From NCBI GenBank assembly GCA_009777255.1, contig WRMG01000004.1, positions 1-57,250 on the forward strand: DNA of 57,250 nt, written 5' to 3'. Both the position numbers and the translations under genes were made by a program. Positions 46,582 through 55,220 of this stretch are shown here, piece after piece (position 1 is the stretch's first letter; each line of letters opens with the position of its first letter). Source of the DNA: Oscillospiraceae bacterium. GTDB lineage: Bacteria > Bacillota > Clostridia > Oscillospirales > UBA929. Below the pieces are notes generated by a model. The model saw only the letters and a program-made list of their open reading frames with translations. It was not told the origin of the DNA and made no database searches.

Positions 46582-47088
46582 ATGTACAGCCGGTATTATC
46601 AAAGCGGCGGCTTCTTCGAGCCGCAGTACGAACAGCCGTTTACATTCGCGCACCAGCGCAAAATGTATGAGGAGAGCGTGAAAGCGCGCGAAGAGCCTCC
46701 CGCGCCCGAGGCTGCCGAGCCCGCGGAAGAGCGCGGGCGGGGCGCGCGCGACGGAGAGCGCAGGGAGCGCCGCGAGCGTGAACGCGAGAAATTCCGCGAA
46801 CGGGAGAGGGAACGCCGTCAAGACAGGGAACGCGACCGTGACCGTGAGCGCGACCGTGACCGTGAGCGTGAACGGACCGACCGGAGGGAGCGCGGCAGAC
46901 GCGACGGGCGGGGTTCGCTGTTCCGGCGAGGCGGCGGCGGAGGAGGCGGCAGCGGGATCGGGAGTCTTTTATCCGATCTTGACCTTGACAGCGGCGACAT
47001 AATGCTGCTGATTCTGCTGTATTATCTGTATCAGGAGAGCGGGGATATAGACATGCTGATTATTCTTGCCGCGGTGTTTTTCATATGA
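46582..47088 (+). CDS. Hypothetical protein with a mixed-charge RE/RD low-complexity region and hydrophobic C-terminus
   Basis: MYSRY start, long (RE/RD)n tract, poly-G, DSGDIMLLILLYYLYQESGD..MLIILAAVFFI. Confidence 0.7.
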   Translation: MYSRYYQSGGFFEPQYEQPFTFAHQRKMYEESVKAREEPPAPEAAEPAEERGRGARDGERRERREREREKFRERERERRQDRERDRDRERDRDRERERTDRRERGRRDGRGSLFRRGGGGGGGSGIGSLLSDLDLDSGDIMLLILLYYLYQESGDIDMLIILAAVFFI

Positions 47089-47176
47089 TACCCGATAGGG
47101 CGGGGTGGTTAAAGAGCGGGAAAAACCGACCACCCCGTCCGGCTTCGCCGTCTGCCCCATTGCTAATCAGCAGATT

Positions 47177-47653
47177 TCATTGCATAATTTCAGATAGGTT
47201 TTGCCACTCCCGTTTATGATGTTCTCCAAACACACAATAAAACCTTTTACCATAAACAATCTTGATAAACGGGTCGCATATTTTTCCAATTCCATTTAGA
47301 CCAATACGCAGTGTTTCGGTTAAAAGAAGTCCATCATCTGTATCAGAAAAATCCAACTCTAAATAACCGGGCAGATTTATTCCAAGTTTACGCATTTGGA
47401 ACACTATGCGGTTAGGCTTGTTTGCCACCCTTATTATTGCATAGAATTTCATTCTATATTTTTTTCCAATATTTTGGTCAAAGTAGAACAAATCACCTTT
47501 AGGGCTATTGTTACTGCGTTTAACTACATGGAACTCGTAATGTTCTTCAGGCAGCCAATTAGCATACATTTCTGCCGGCACATTAGTCATGAAGTTATAA
47601 AACTCATCTGCTTTAGCATTTGGCAGCCTGCTGTGTAAAGTGTATATTACCAT
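47177..47653 (-). CDS. Hypothetical AT-rich protein (possible SRPBCC-like fold)
   Basis: 158-aa ORF with GGGGGA RBS; Y..WLP.EH..F, H..EW.NL..I. Confidence 0.65.
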   Translation of the reverse strand: MVIYTLHSRLPNAKADEFYNFMTNVPAEMYANWLPEEHYEFHVVKRSNNSPKGDLFYFDQNIGKKYRMKFYAIIRVANKPNRIVFQMRKLGINLPGYLELDFSDTDDGLLLTETLRIGLNGIGKICDPFIKIVYGKRFYCVFGEHHKREWQNLSEIMQ

Positions 47654-47667
47654 TACTTTCCCCCACT

Positions 47668-47797
47668 AATATAAATTTTCCGCGCTTTGTAGGGGCGAAC
47701 TCCGTTCGCCTGCAATACGCAAACGTTGGTTGAAATTCGCGGGCGATTAGAAATCGCCCCTACAGTCCGTTCCGCACACAAATATAAATTTTCCGCG
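47668..47797. repeat. Inverted REP doublet flanked by 17-bp direct repeats
   Basis: GTAGGGGCGAAC-TCC-GTTCGCC (47689) facing GGGCGATT-AGA-AATCGCCCCTAC (ends 47763); AATATAAATTTTCCGCG at 47668-47684 and 47781-47797. Confidence 0.85.
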
Positions 47798-47830
47798 TAA
47801 CGCAACCACAGCTATGCCCTTATATCCCGA

Positions 47831-48586
47831 TTACTCCCATACATACGCCCCGGACGGCAGGAGAAACACCTCGTCGTCGGGGCGTTGCAGCGTAAGCTCC
47901 AACAGCGTGAACTCCCATATCGGCACGCCGTTACGGGCGGCGGCCGCCCGCGTCAGCATCCCGCTTTCCAGATCTATCCAATACTCAACGTCCGCCGACA
48001 TGATGCTGGCCTTTATCCAAACTCCCGGGGCTTCGGTTTCGCGCATATACTCGGCGCCGGTTATGTCATCGGGAGCGATGTCCAGTATATCCTCGTAGGT
48101 CGGCATACGGCCCGCCGCGTCGGCCGAGAAAAAGCCGCGCGCGATCTCCTGCACCTGCTCGTTTAGCCACATGTAAACCTTGTCAGGGGTATAAATCACC
48201 CTGTCCAGCAAATCGCCGTCCTCATACCGCTCTATCAGCTGATAGTCGTCCAGAGTATAGAGGCGGTGCGTCCACTCGCGCGACATATCGCCGCCGTAAA
48301 CCACTGTGCTTCCGGCGCTTGAATATGCGGCGGGGCGCGGCATGGCGGCGATAAGCGCCGCCGCGTTTTCGCGTGTAATCTCGACAAGCTCAAGATTGAG
48401 CGCGCCGGAGGAGGCTATCTCCTCCGCCGGCGTGTTGACCTCGGACAGTTCGTTGGGGTCTGGCGGCAGAATGATTCGGGGATCGTTTCCCTCGCGCCGG
48501 AACATATAAAATAACGCGAACAGCACCAGCACGGCCGTAATCACGGCCGCCCAAGACGCCAGCTTCGCGTTTTGCTTACGGTTCAT
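47831..48586 (-). CDS. Hypothetical membrane-anchored exported protein
   Basis: N-terminal TM helix; YWIDLESGML and PDDEVFLLP resemble LolA-like folds. Confidence 0.7.
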   Translation of the reverse strand: MNRKQNAKLASWAAVITAVLVLFALFYMFRREGNDPRIILPPDPNELSEVNTPAEEIASSGALNLELVEITRENAAALIAAMPRPAAYSSAGSTVVYGGDMSREWTHRLYTLDDYQLIERYEDGDLLDRVIYTPDKVYMWLNEQVQEIARGFFSADAAGRMPTYEDILDIAPDDITGAEYMRETEAPGVWIKASIMSADVEYWIDLESGMLTRAAAARNGVPIWEFTLLELTLQRPDDEVFLLPSGAYVWE

Positions 48587-48740
48587 AGTTTAATGCTCCC
48601 CCTGTCAGGGATTATATATCAGTTGATAGGGAGGGGTGAATACGGATGATTCTTGTTAGTTTATGCTGTTTTAGAAGGGATTACCCTCAGCGCGAATATA
48701 GCCCATACACTGCTTCGCTCACATCTCTCAGTCTCGCTTT

Positions 48741-48791
48741 CAAAACACCCGCCGTCTGCGGACGGCACCCTCTTTACTAAAGAGGGCAAGG
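48741..48791 (+). repeat. 51-bp palindromic repeat, left flank of the DUF559 gene
   Basis: CAAAACACCC-GCCGTC-TGCG-GACGGC-ACCCTCTTTACTAAAGAGGGCAAGG. Confidence 0.92.
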
Positions 48792-48801
48792 ATAGGACAG
48801 A

Positions 48802-49158
48802 TCAATCGTTGTACAAGTCTACATATTTTTGTATCGCCGCACACACTTCGTCAAATGAAGCATCTATCTCTGTGTTGGTAAAACGAAGAACGTGCAGTCC
48901 CAAACTTTCAAATAAATCAGTACGTATGCTATCGTACTCTAAGCCATTGTCTGTATAATGCTGGTTCCCGTCAATTTCAACAACAAGTTTTTTTGACGGA
49001 CATAAAAAATCAACGATATAGTTATCTATAGGTTTTTGTCTTGTGAAAGGACAAGGGTGTTTTCTCAAAAATTCATACCACAATTTATTTTCTTGCGGAG
49101 TGGCGTTTTTACGCAGTTCCTGCGCTCGTGGTTTATACTTGCGATTGTATTGTATCAC
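48802..49158 (-). CDS. DUF559 (Vsr-like PD-(D/E)XK) endonuclease
   Basis: RAQELRKNATPQE.KLW..LR, FTRQKPIDNYIVDF.C..KKLVVEIDG.QH, D..RT...LGL.VLRFTN. Confidence 0.93.
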   Translation of the reverse strand: MIQYNRKYKPRAQELRKNATPQENKLWYEFLRKHPCPFTRQKPIDNYIVDFLCPSKKLVVEIDGNQHYTDNGLEYDSIRTDLFESLGLHVLRFTNTEIDASFDEVCAAIQKYVDLYND

Positions 49159-49176
49159 CGTATCATCTCCATATGA

Positions 49177-49227
49177 CCTTGCCCTCTTTAGTGAAGAGGG
49201 TGCCGCCCGTAGGCGGCGGGTGTTTTG
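49177..49227 (-). repeat. 51-bp palindromic repeat, right flank of the DUF559 gene (inverted)
   Basis: Reverse complement matches 48741-48791 at 47 of 51 positions. Confidence 0.92.
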
Positions 49228-49237
49228 CTTTTTACCG

Positions 49238-50341
49238 CTATGGAATTTCAGCGTCCAATATCGCCTTCACTATCCTCTCGCTTGCCTTGCCGTCGCCGTA
49301 GGGGTTGACGGCTTTCGCCATCCTCTCGTACTCTTTCCTGTCATTCAGCAAAAGCTCCGTTTCCCTGACGATAGCGTCATATTCCACGCCGCATACCTTG
49401 ACCGTGCCCGCCTCCACCGCCTCGGGGCGCTCCGTTTCGCGCCTGAGGACAAGCACGGGCTTGCCCAGCGCGGGCGCCTCCTCCTGTAAGCCTCCCGAAT
49501 CCGTCAGCACCAGCGCTGACCGCGCCATAAGGTTGTGCATGTCCCAGACATTCAGCGGCTCGATGAGCCGCGCGCGGGGCGCGTCCCCCAGCATGGCGTT
49601 CGCCGCCTCGCGCACGGCGGGGCTTAGGTGTACGGGCCAGACAAGCTCCGTATCGGGATTGGTTTCAAGTATATGCCTAAACGCGCGGAGAATGTTTTCG
49701 AGGCCGCCGTAATTCTCGCGGCGATGCACAGTGACCAGCAGCAGCCGTTTCGAAAAATCCACAGTTTTTATATCTTCGGATTCAAACGCGTAATCGCCGC
49801 CGACCGTTATATTCAGCGCGTCTATCACGGTGTTGCCCGTGACGTATACGTTTTCGGTTATGCCCTCGTTTTTCAAATTCAGCGCGTTTTTGACGGTGGG
49901 GCAGAAATGCAGGCCGCAGATACGCGAGGTCATGCGCCTGTTCATCTCCTCGGGAAACGGCGAATAGCGGTTGTCCGTCCGCAGCCCGGCCTCGACGTGG
50001 CCCACGGGTATCTTGGCGTAAAACGACGCCAGCGCCGCCGCGAACGTCGTCGAGGTGTCGCCGTGTACAAGCGTCAGGTCGGGCTTTAGCGCGGCGAAAA
50101 CGTCCGTCAGGCCGTTCAGCGTGCGGCTGGTAATATCCGCGAGGGTTTGGTTTTGCGACATGATCGCAAGGTCGGCGTCGGGCTTTATATCGAACTTCCG
50201 CAGAACCCCGTCCAGCATTTCCCTGTGCTGGCCCGTAACGCAGCAGAGCGCGTCTATATCGGGACACGCCTCCAGCTTGCGGATCAGCGGCGCCATCTTG
50301 ATTGCCTCGGGACGGGTTCCGAATACGGTCAAGACCCTCAT
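49238..50341 (-). CDS. wecB: UDP-N-acetylglucosamine 2-epimerase (non-hydrolysing)
   Basis: VFGTRPEAIKMAP, TGQHREML, HVEAGLRT, SPFPEEMNR, TDSGGLQEE, NPYGDG. Confidence 0.96.
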   Translation of the reverse strand: MRVLTVFGTRPEAIKMAPLIRKLEACPDIDALCCVTGQHREMLDGVLRKFDIKPDADLAIMSQNQTLADITSRTLNGLTDVFAALKPDLTLVHGDTSTTFAAALASFYAKIPVGHVEAGLRTDNRYSPFPEEMNRRMTSRICGLHFCPTVKNALNLKNEGITENVYVTGNTVIDALNITVGGDYAFESEDIKTVDFSKRLLLVTVHRRENYGGLENILRAFRHILETNPDTELVWPVHLSPAVREAANAMLGDAPRARLIEPLNVWDMHNLMARSALVLTDSGGLQEEAPALGKPVLVLRRETERPEAVEAGTVKVCGVEYDAIVRETELLLNDRKEYERMAKAVNPYGDGKASERIVKAILDAEIP

Positions 50342-51480
50342 TCCTCATCCTCCGGGCCGTTATCATTACCGTTGTCGTTATCTGCCCCGTTCTCATTGCC
50401 CGGCAGGGCGCCTGCCCCGTTGCGGCGGCCGATAACGAACAGCCCGACGGCTACCGAGGCGCCGAACAGTACCGACGCCAGCAATATCAGCGCCTTGATC
50501 TCGCCGGCGGTGGTCAGCACTACCGCGGTTATGCCCAGCAGCGCGGACATGAGATAGAGTATCGCAACGGATTGCTTCTGCGTAAAGCCCATGTCGATCA
50601 GCTTGTGGTGGACATGGCCCCTGTCCGCGCTCATCGGGCTTTTGCCCTTTGACAGGCGGCGGAGTATCGCCGACACGGTATCGAATATCGGCAGCCCCAG
50701 TACCAGAAACGGCACGGCGAACGATATGATCGCGTACAGCTTGAATAATCCCAGTATTGACGTTGTGGCGAGGATATATCCCAGAAACGTCGCGCCGGTG
50801 TCGCCCATGAACATCTTGGCGGGGTTCAGATTGAACGGCATAAAGCCCATGCACCCGCCCGCGAGCGCCGCCATGAGGATAGCGACATACGGCGTGGGCA
50901 GCACGACCGCGATAATAAGCATGGAGATGCTGGCGATGGACGACACGCCCACGGCAAGCCCGTCGAGCCCGTCGATGAGATTGACCGAGTTGGTTATAAC
51001 GATAATCCAGACAGCGGTTATCGGATATGCCCAGATGCCCAGCTCGAGATAAGGCCCGCCGATACCGAAGATATACAGCGGGTTGGATAACACATGCACC
51101 ACGACATCGCAGAAAACCGGAATAAGCGCGGCGGCGATCTGGACGATCAGCTTCACCCACGCTTTAAGGCGGTAGATGTCGTCCAAAACGCCCAATACCA
51201 CGATTATGACGGAGCCGGTAAGTATTCCCGCGACCTGTATGCTTATGTCGTTGAAGATCAATACCGCGATTATAAACCCGAGGAAGATGGAGAGCCCTCC
51301 AAGCCGCGTAAGCGGTGTTTTGTGCATACGCCGCTCGTCCTTGGGCACGTCCACCGCGCCGACCAGCTTTGCGAATTTCATAACCAGCGGCGATATGAAA
51401 TACGATACCGCGCACGCTATGGCGAACGCCAGCACTATATACACTATTACCTGATTAGTTATCTGAGCGTCGTTTAGCAT
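50338..51480 (-). CDS. Undecaprenyl-phosphate GlcNAc-1-P transferase (TagO/WecA, GT4/MraY family)
   Basis: DVPKDERRMH, GVLDD, NSVNLIDGLDGL, PAKMFMGDTG, ADRGHVHH. Confidence 0.92.
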   Translation of the reverse strand: MLNDAQITNQVIVYIVLAFAIACAVSYFISPLVMKFAKLVGAVDVPKDERRMHKTPLTRLGGLSIFLGFIIAVLIFNDISIQVAGILTGSVIIVVLGVLDDIYRLKAWVKLIVQIAAALIPVFCDVVVHVLSNPLYIFGIGGPYLELGIWAYPITAVWIIVITNSVNLIDGLDGLAVGVSSIASISMLIIAVVLPTPYVAILMAALAGGCMGFMPFNLNPAKMFMGDTGATFLGYILATTSILGLFKLYAIISFAVPFLVLGLPIFDTVSAILRRLSKGKSPMSADRGHVHHKLIDMGFTQKQSVAILYLMSALLGITAVVLTTAGEIKALILLASVLFGASVAVGLFVIGRRNGAGALPGNENGADNDNGNDNGPEDEE

Positions 51481-52463
51481 TTATAAAACCCCATCGCGTT
51501 ATACACGCGTTCCAGTGTTTTTACGGCTCTCTCCGAAGCCTTCTCGGCACCGCGCCGCGCCAGCGCGTCCAGCTGAGCCGCGTCGGACAGATACTCGTTT
51601 AACCTTTGACCCACAGGCGTTAGACAGTCGGCGACGGCCTCCGCCACGGCGGCCTTGAATACGCCGTAGCCTCTGCCGTCGAACTCTCTCTCGATTTCGC
51701 CGAACGGCTTGTCCGTTGAGATATGATACAGCGTCATCAGGTTGGCAACGCCGGGTTTGTTTTCGGTGTCATAGCGCACCGCGCCGTCCGAATCCGTGAC
51801 CGCGCGCTTGATCTTTTTGACGATAGTGTCCCTGCCGTCCGTGACAAACAGCGTGGCGTTTTCGTTGGGGTCGGACTTGCTCATCTTTTCCGAGGGCTCG
51901 GAAAGGCTCATTACGCGGGCGCCGGCGCCCTTTATCAGCGGCTCGGGCACGGTAAGCACATCGCCGTAGCGCCCGTTGAAGCGCAGGCATATATCCCGCG
52001 ACAGCTCGACATGCTGACGCTGATCCTCGCCCACGGGCACAAAATGCGCGTCATAGAGCAATATGTCCGCCGCCTGAAGCACGGGATAAGTGAATAGCCC
52101 CACGTTTACGTTAGTCGCGTGGCGCGCCGACTTGTCTTTGAACTGTGTCATTCTCGACAGCTCGCCGAACATAGTGTGACAGCCCAGCAGCCACATAAGC
52201 TCGCTGTGCGCCGGAACATGGCTCTGGATAAACGGGATGTCGCGGTCAGGGTCGATGCCGAGCGCCAGCAGTGCGGCGAACACCTTGCGCGTTTCGTTTC
52301 TCAGCTCCTCCGGCTTTCGCGTGATAGTGACCGAGTGCAAATCCACAACGCAGTAAATGCAGTCGTGGTCGTCGGCCAGCTTGGGCCAGTGGCGCATGGT
52401 CGAATAGTTTCCGAATGTCAGCCGTCCCGTCGGCTGCACTCCGCTGAACACACGTTTTCTCAT
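51474..52463 (-). CDS. trpS: Tryptophan--tRNA ligase
   Basis: FSGVQPTG.LTFGNY, YPVLQAADIL, VPVGEDQ.QH, KMSKS, KIKRAVTD. Confidence 0.97.
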   Translation of the reverse strand: MRKRVFSGVQPTGRLTFGNYSTMRHWPKLADDHDCIYCVVDLHSVTITRKPEELRNETRKVFAALLALGIDPDRDIPFIQSHVPAHSELMWLLGCHTMFGELSRMTQFKDKSARHATNVNVGLFTYPVLQAADILLYDAHFVPVGEDQRQHVELSRDICLRFNGRYGDVLTVPEPLIKGAGARVMSLSEPSEKMSKSDPNENATLFVTDGRDTIVKKIKRAVTDSDGAVRYDTENKPGVANLMTLYHISTDKPFGEIEREFDGRGYGVFKAAVAEAVADCLTPVGQRLNEYLSDAAQLDALARRGAEKASERAVKTLERVYNAMGFYKC

Positions 52464-53638
52464 ATAAGTCCCCCTAATATCTCTATGCCTTTTCCTATCT
52501 GTTCGTCGGACGGCATTGAGAAATTCAGCCTGAATCCGGGTGTGACGCCGTCCGTATCCGGCAGGAACACGCTGCCTGCCACAAACGCGACTTTTTTATC
52601 CAGCGCGCGCCGGTAAAACGCCATGCTGTCGTCTGTGTTTTTGAGGGTTCCCCACAAAAACAGCCCTCCGCCCGGTTTAATAATATCCGCGTCGAGATAC
52701 CGCGCGCACGCGCATACCATCAAATCGCGCTTGCGGTGATAGAGCGCGCGGCATTTGGCTATATGCAGGTCGAGATTGTAATGCGCCATAAACTCATGCG
52801 CCAGCACCTGTGAGAACAGAGTGGTGTGTACGTCCTCACCCTGTTTCGCCACCACGATTTTTTCGGTTATGGGGGCGGGGGCGGCGACGTATCCCAGCCT
52901 CAGCCCGGGCGAAATTATTTTTGAGAACGAGCCGACATAGACGACTATACCCTCAGTGTCCATGCTTTTTATGGCCGGCGGCGGCTCGCCGTCGTAGCTC
53001 AGGTCCCCATAGGGGTTGTCCTCGATTATTATGACGCCGTATTTCGCGCAAAGTTCCAAAACCTGTTCGCGGCGTTTGAGCGTCATAGTAATGCCGGTGG
53101 GGTTTTGGAACGTTGGAACGGTATACAGTATTTTTATGTTCGGGACGGTTTTCAGCGCGCTTTCAAGCGATTCAGGCACAATGCCCGAGCCGTCCATGTC
53201 CACGCCCTTCAGCTTCAGGCCGTGCGATCTGAAGGTGTTAAGCGCGCCGATAAAGCTGGGGGTTTCGCACAGCACGACGTCGCCCGCGTCGCATAATACC
53301 CGCGCCGCAAGCTCAATGCCCTGCTGCGCGCCTGAGGTGATTACCGTCATGTCCCCCTCGCGGCCTATGTTTTGGGTTTTAAGGCGCTGTGTAACGGCGT
53401 CCCTTAGCGGCATATAGCCCTCGGTAAGGCCGTATTGCAGCACAAAGCCCGCCATGCCGGCGAATATGCGCGCCGACAGCTCGCCCAGCTCCTCCGACGG
53501 AAACGCGTCGGGCGACGGGTTCCCCGCCGCGAACGATATAACGTCCGGCTGCTGCGTTATCTTGAAAAGCTCGCGGATGGCCGAGGGCTTAAGGCCCGTC
53601 ATGGGGGCTGAGAATCTATATGTCATAATTACCACCAT
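52460..53638 (-). CDS. PLP-dependent class I/II aminotransferase
   Basis: SAIRELFK, ISFAAGNP, PTFQNPTG, IIEDNPY, GSFSKIISPGLRLG; start may be ATG 53626. Confidence 0.92.
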   Translation of the reverse strand: MVVIMTYRFSAPMTGLKPSAIRELFKITQQPDVISFAAGNPSPDAFPSEELGELSARIFAGMAGFVLQYGLTEGYMPLRDAVTQRLKTQNIGREGDMTVITSGAQQGIELAARVLCDAGDVVLCETPSFIGALNTFRSHGLKLKGVDMDGSGIVPESLESALKTVPNIKILYTVPTFQNPTGITMTLKRREQVLELCAKYGVIIIEDNPYGDLSYDGEPPPAIKSMDTEGIVVYVGSFSKIISPGLRLGYVAAPAPITEKIVVAKQGEDVHTTLFSQVLAHEFMAHYNLDLHIAKCRALYHRKRDLMVCACARYLDADIIKPGGGLFLWGTLKNTDDSMAFYRRALDKKVAFVAGSVFLPDTDGVTPGFRLNFSMPSDEQIGKGIEILGGLI

Positions 53639-53694
53639 ATCCAGTCTATTTTGGATATTATATCATACTCACCGGTTATGTCAACCATAAATTG

Positions 53695-53723
53695 TTGACA
53701 AACGCCGGACGACCTGTTATAAT
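53695..53723 (+). promoter_or_regulatory. sigmaA promoter of thiT
   Basis: TTGACA-17-TG-n-TATAAT. Confidence 0.85.
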
Positions 53724-53731
53724 TCCGGCTT

Positions 53732-53825
53732 ACAGGGGTGCTTTGCACAGCGGGCGCTGTGACGGGCTGAGACGGCTTTATGCCGAACCCTTGAACTTGA
53801 TCCGGTTAATACCGGCGTAAGGAGA
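53732..53825 (+). ncRNA. TPP riboswitch
   Basis: GGGGTGC...GCTGAGA...ACCCTTGAACTTGATCCGGTTAATACCGGCGTAAGGAG; the 3' arm overlaps the RBS. Confidence 0.93.
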
Positions 53826-53831
53826 GAAAAA

Positions 53832-54452
53832 ATGAATAACACTGTCAAACGTCTGACAACAGGCGCGATGCTGGTCGCGCTCTCAGCTCTTTTATCAATG
53901 CTTGTGATCTACCGGCTTCCGTACGGCGGCTCGGTAACGGCGTTCAGTATGCTGCCGGTGTGCGTGTTCGCCTATAAGTACGGGCTTAAATGGGGGCTTT
54001 TGGGGGGGCTTGCGTTCAGCCTGACGCGCATACTGCTGGGCAGTCTGGGCGGCGCGGCGTTCGCCTCGATGGATCTTTTGGATCTGACGCTGATGCTCTT
54101 TCTGGATTACATAGCGGCGTATACATTTTTGGGGCTTGCCGCCGTGACGCGCGGGAAACTTAAAAGCGAGCGTTCGGGCCTTGTGTGGGGAATAGTTATC
54201 GCGTGCGCGGCGCGGCTGCTTGCCCACTCGCTGTCGGGCTACATACTGTTCAGGCAGTACGCCGAATGGTTTTTCTCGCAGGAGGGCTTTACCTTCGGGG
54301 CATGGGTGCTGGACAACCTCGGCGGCCAGGGGCTGATGATATTCTACTCGGTTTTCTATAACGCGATGTTCTTAGTGCCGGAAACATTAATAACCGTTGC
54401 GGCGGGCGCGATATTAATGAGCGCGCTGGGAAAGCGCATACTCGCCGATTAA
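53832..54452 (+). CDS. thiT: ECF thiamine transporter S-component
   Basis: LPYGGSVT..SMLP, LDYIAAY..LGLA, H.LSG..LF, YS.FYN; downstream of the TPP riboswitch. Confidence 0.9.
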   Translation: MNNTVKRLTTGAMLVALSALLSMLVIYRLPYGGSVTAFSMLPVCVFAYKYGLKWGLLGGLAFSLTRILLGSLGGAAFASMDLLDLTLMLFLDYIAAYTFLGLAAVTRGKLKSERSGLVWGIVIACAARLLAHSLSGYILFRQYAEWFFSQEGFTFGAWVLDNLGGQGLMIFYSVFYNAMFLVPETLITVAAGAILMSALGKRILAD

Positions 54453-55216
54453 ATCGCTTTGGCGTTGCGGTACTCGTTGGCCGAGACGCCCTCGAGCCTT
54501 TTGAACACGCGTGAGAAATGCGGGGTGTCGGCGTATCCCACCATCTCTGAAATATCACTGATTCTGAGCGCCGGATCAAGCATAAGCGTTTTCGCCTGCT
54601 CTACGCGCGCGGCGTTGAGAATGTCGTAGAAGGTCTGGCCCGTGTATTTATTGAGCAGCTTGCTTAAATGCCACTGGCTAACATAACACGCGTCGGCCAC
54701 ATCGGAAAGAGAGATGCGGCCGGCGTAGTGCGTTTGGATATATTTAGCCGCCTGACGCACCACAAAGGACGCGGCCTCGGACAAGGCGCCGCCGCCGCGG
54801 CGGTCGCCGGAGCTTCCGCGTGAGTGCAGCTCGTCCAGCTTTTTTGTCATGAAATCCAGCGCCTCCAAAAGCTCGTCCATCTTGGAGGGCTTGAGCAGGA
54901 AGCGCGTCACGCCGAGCTGTATGGCCTGCCGCGCGTAGTTAAACTCGCTGTGGCCCGTCAGCACCGTTATCTGCATGTCGGGGAACTCGGTTTTAAGGCC
55001 CGCGAGCATAGTCAGCCCGTCGCCGTCCGGCATACGGATGTCGGTGAACAGGACATCCGGCGAAAGCTCGCGTATCAGCCTGCTGCCGTCGGTCGTGTTA
55101 TAGGCCGTGCCGGCGACGGCGCAGCCGTAGTCCGCCCACGGTATAACATGGGTCAGGCCGTTGACGATCCTTGGCTCGTCGTCGATTATAAGCACTTTGT
55201 ACATGGACAAGCTCAC
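54449..55216 (-). CDS. Response regulator, receiver plus AraC HTH (YesN-like)
   Basis: VLIIDDE, TDIRMP..DGL, FLLKP, VGY.D..HFSRVFKR.EGVS..EYR. Confidence 0.93.
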   Translation of the reverse strand: MSLSMYKVLIIDDEPRIVNGLTHVIPWADYGCAVAGTAYNTTDGSRLIRELSPDVLFTDIRMPDGDGLTMLAGLKTEFPDMQITVLTGHSEFNYARQAIQLGVTRFLLKPSKMDELLEALDFMTKKLDELHSRGSSGDRRGGGALSEAASFVVRQAAKYIQTHYAGRISLSDVADACYVSQWHLSKLLNKYTGQTFYDILNAARVEQAKTLMLDPALRISDISEMVGYADTPHFSRVFKRLEGVSANEYRNAKAI

Positions 55217-55220
55217 CCTT

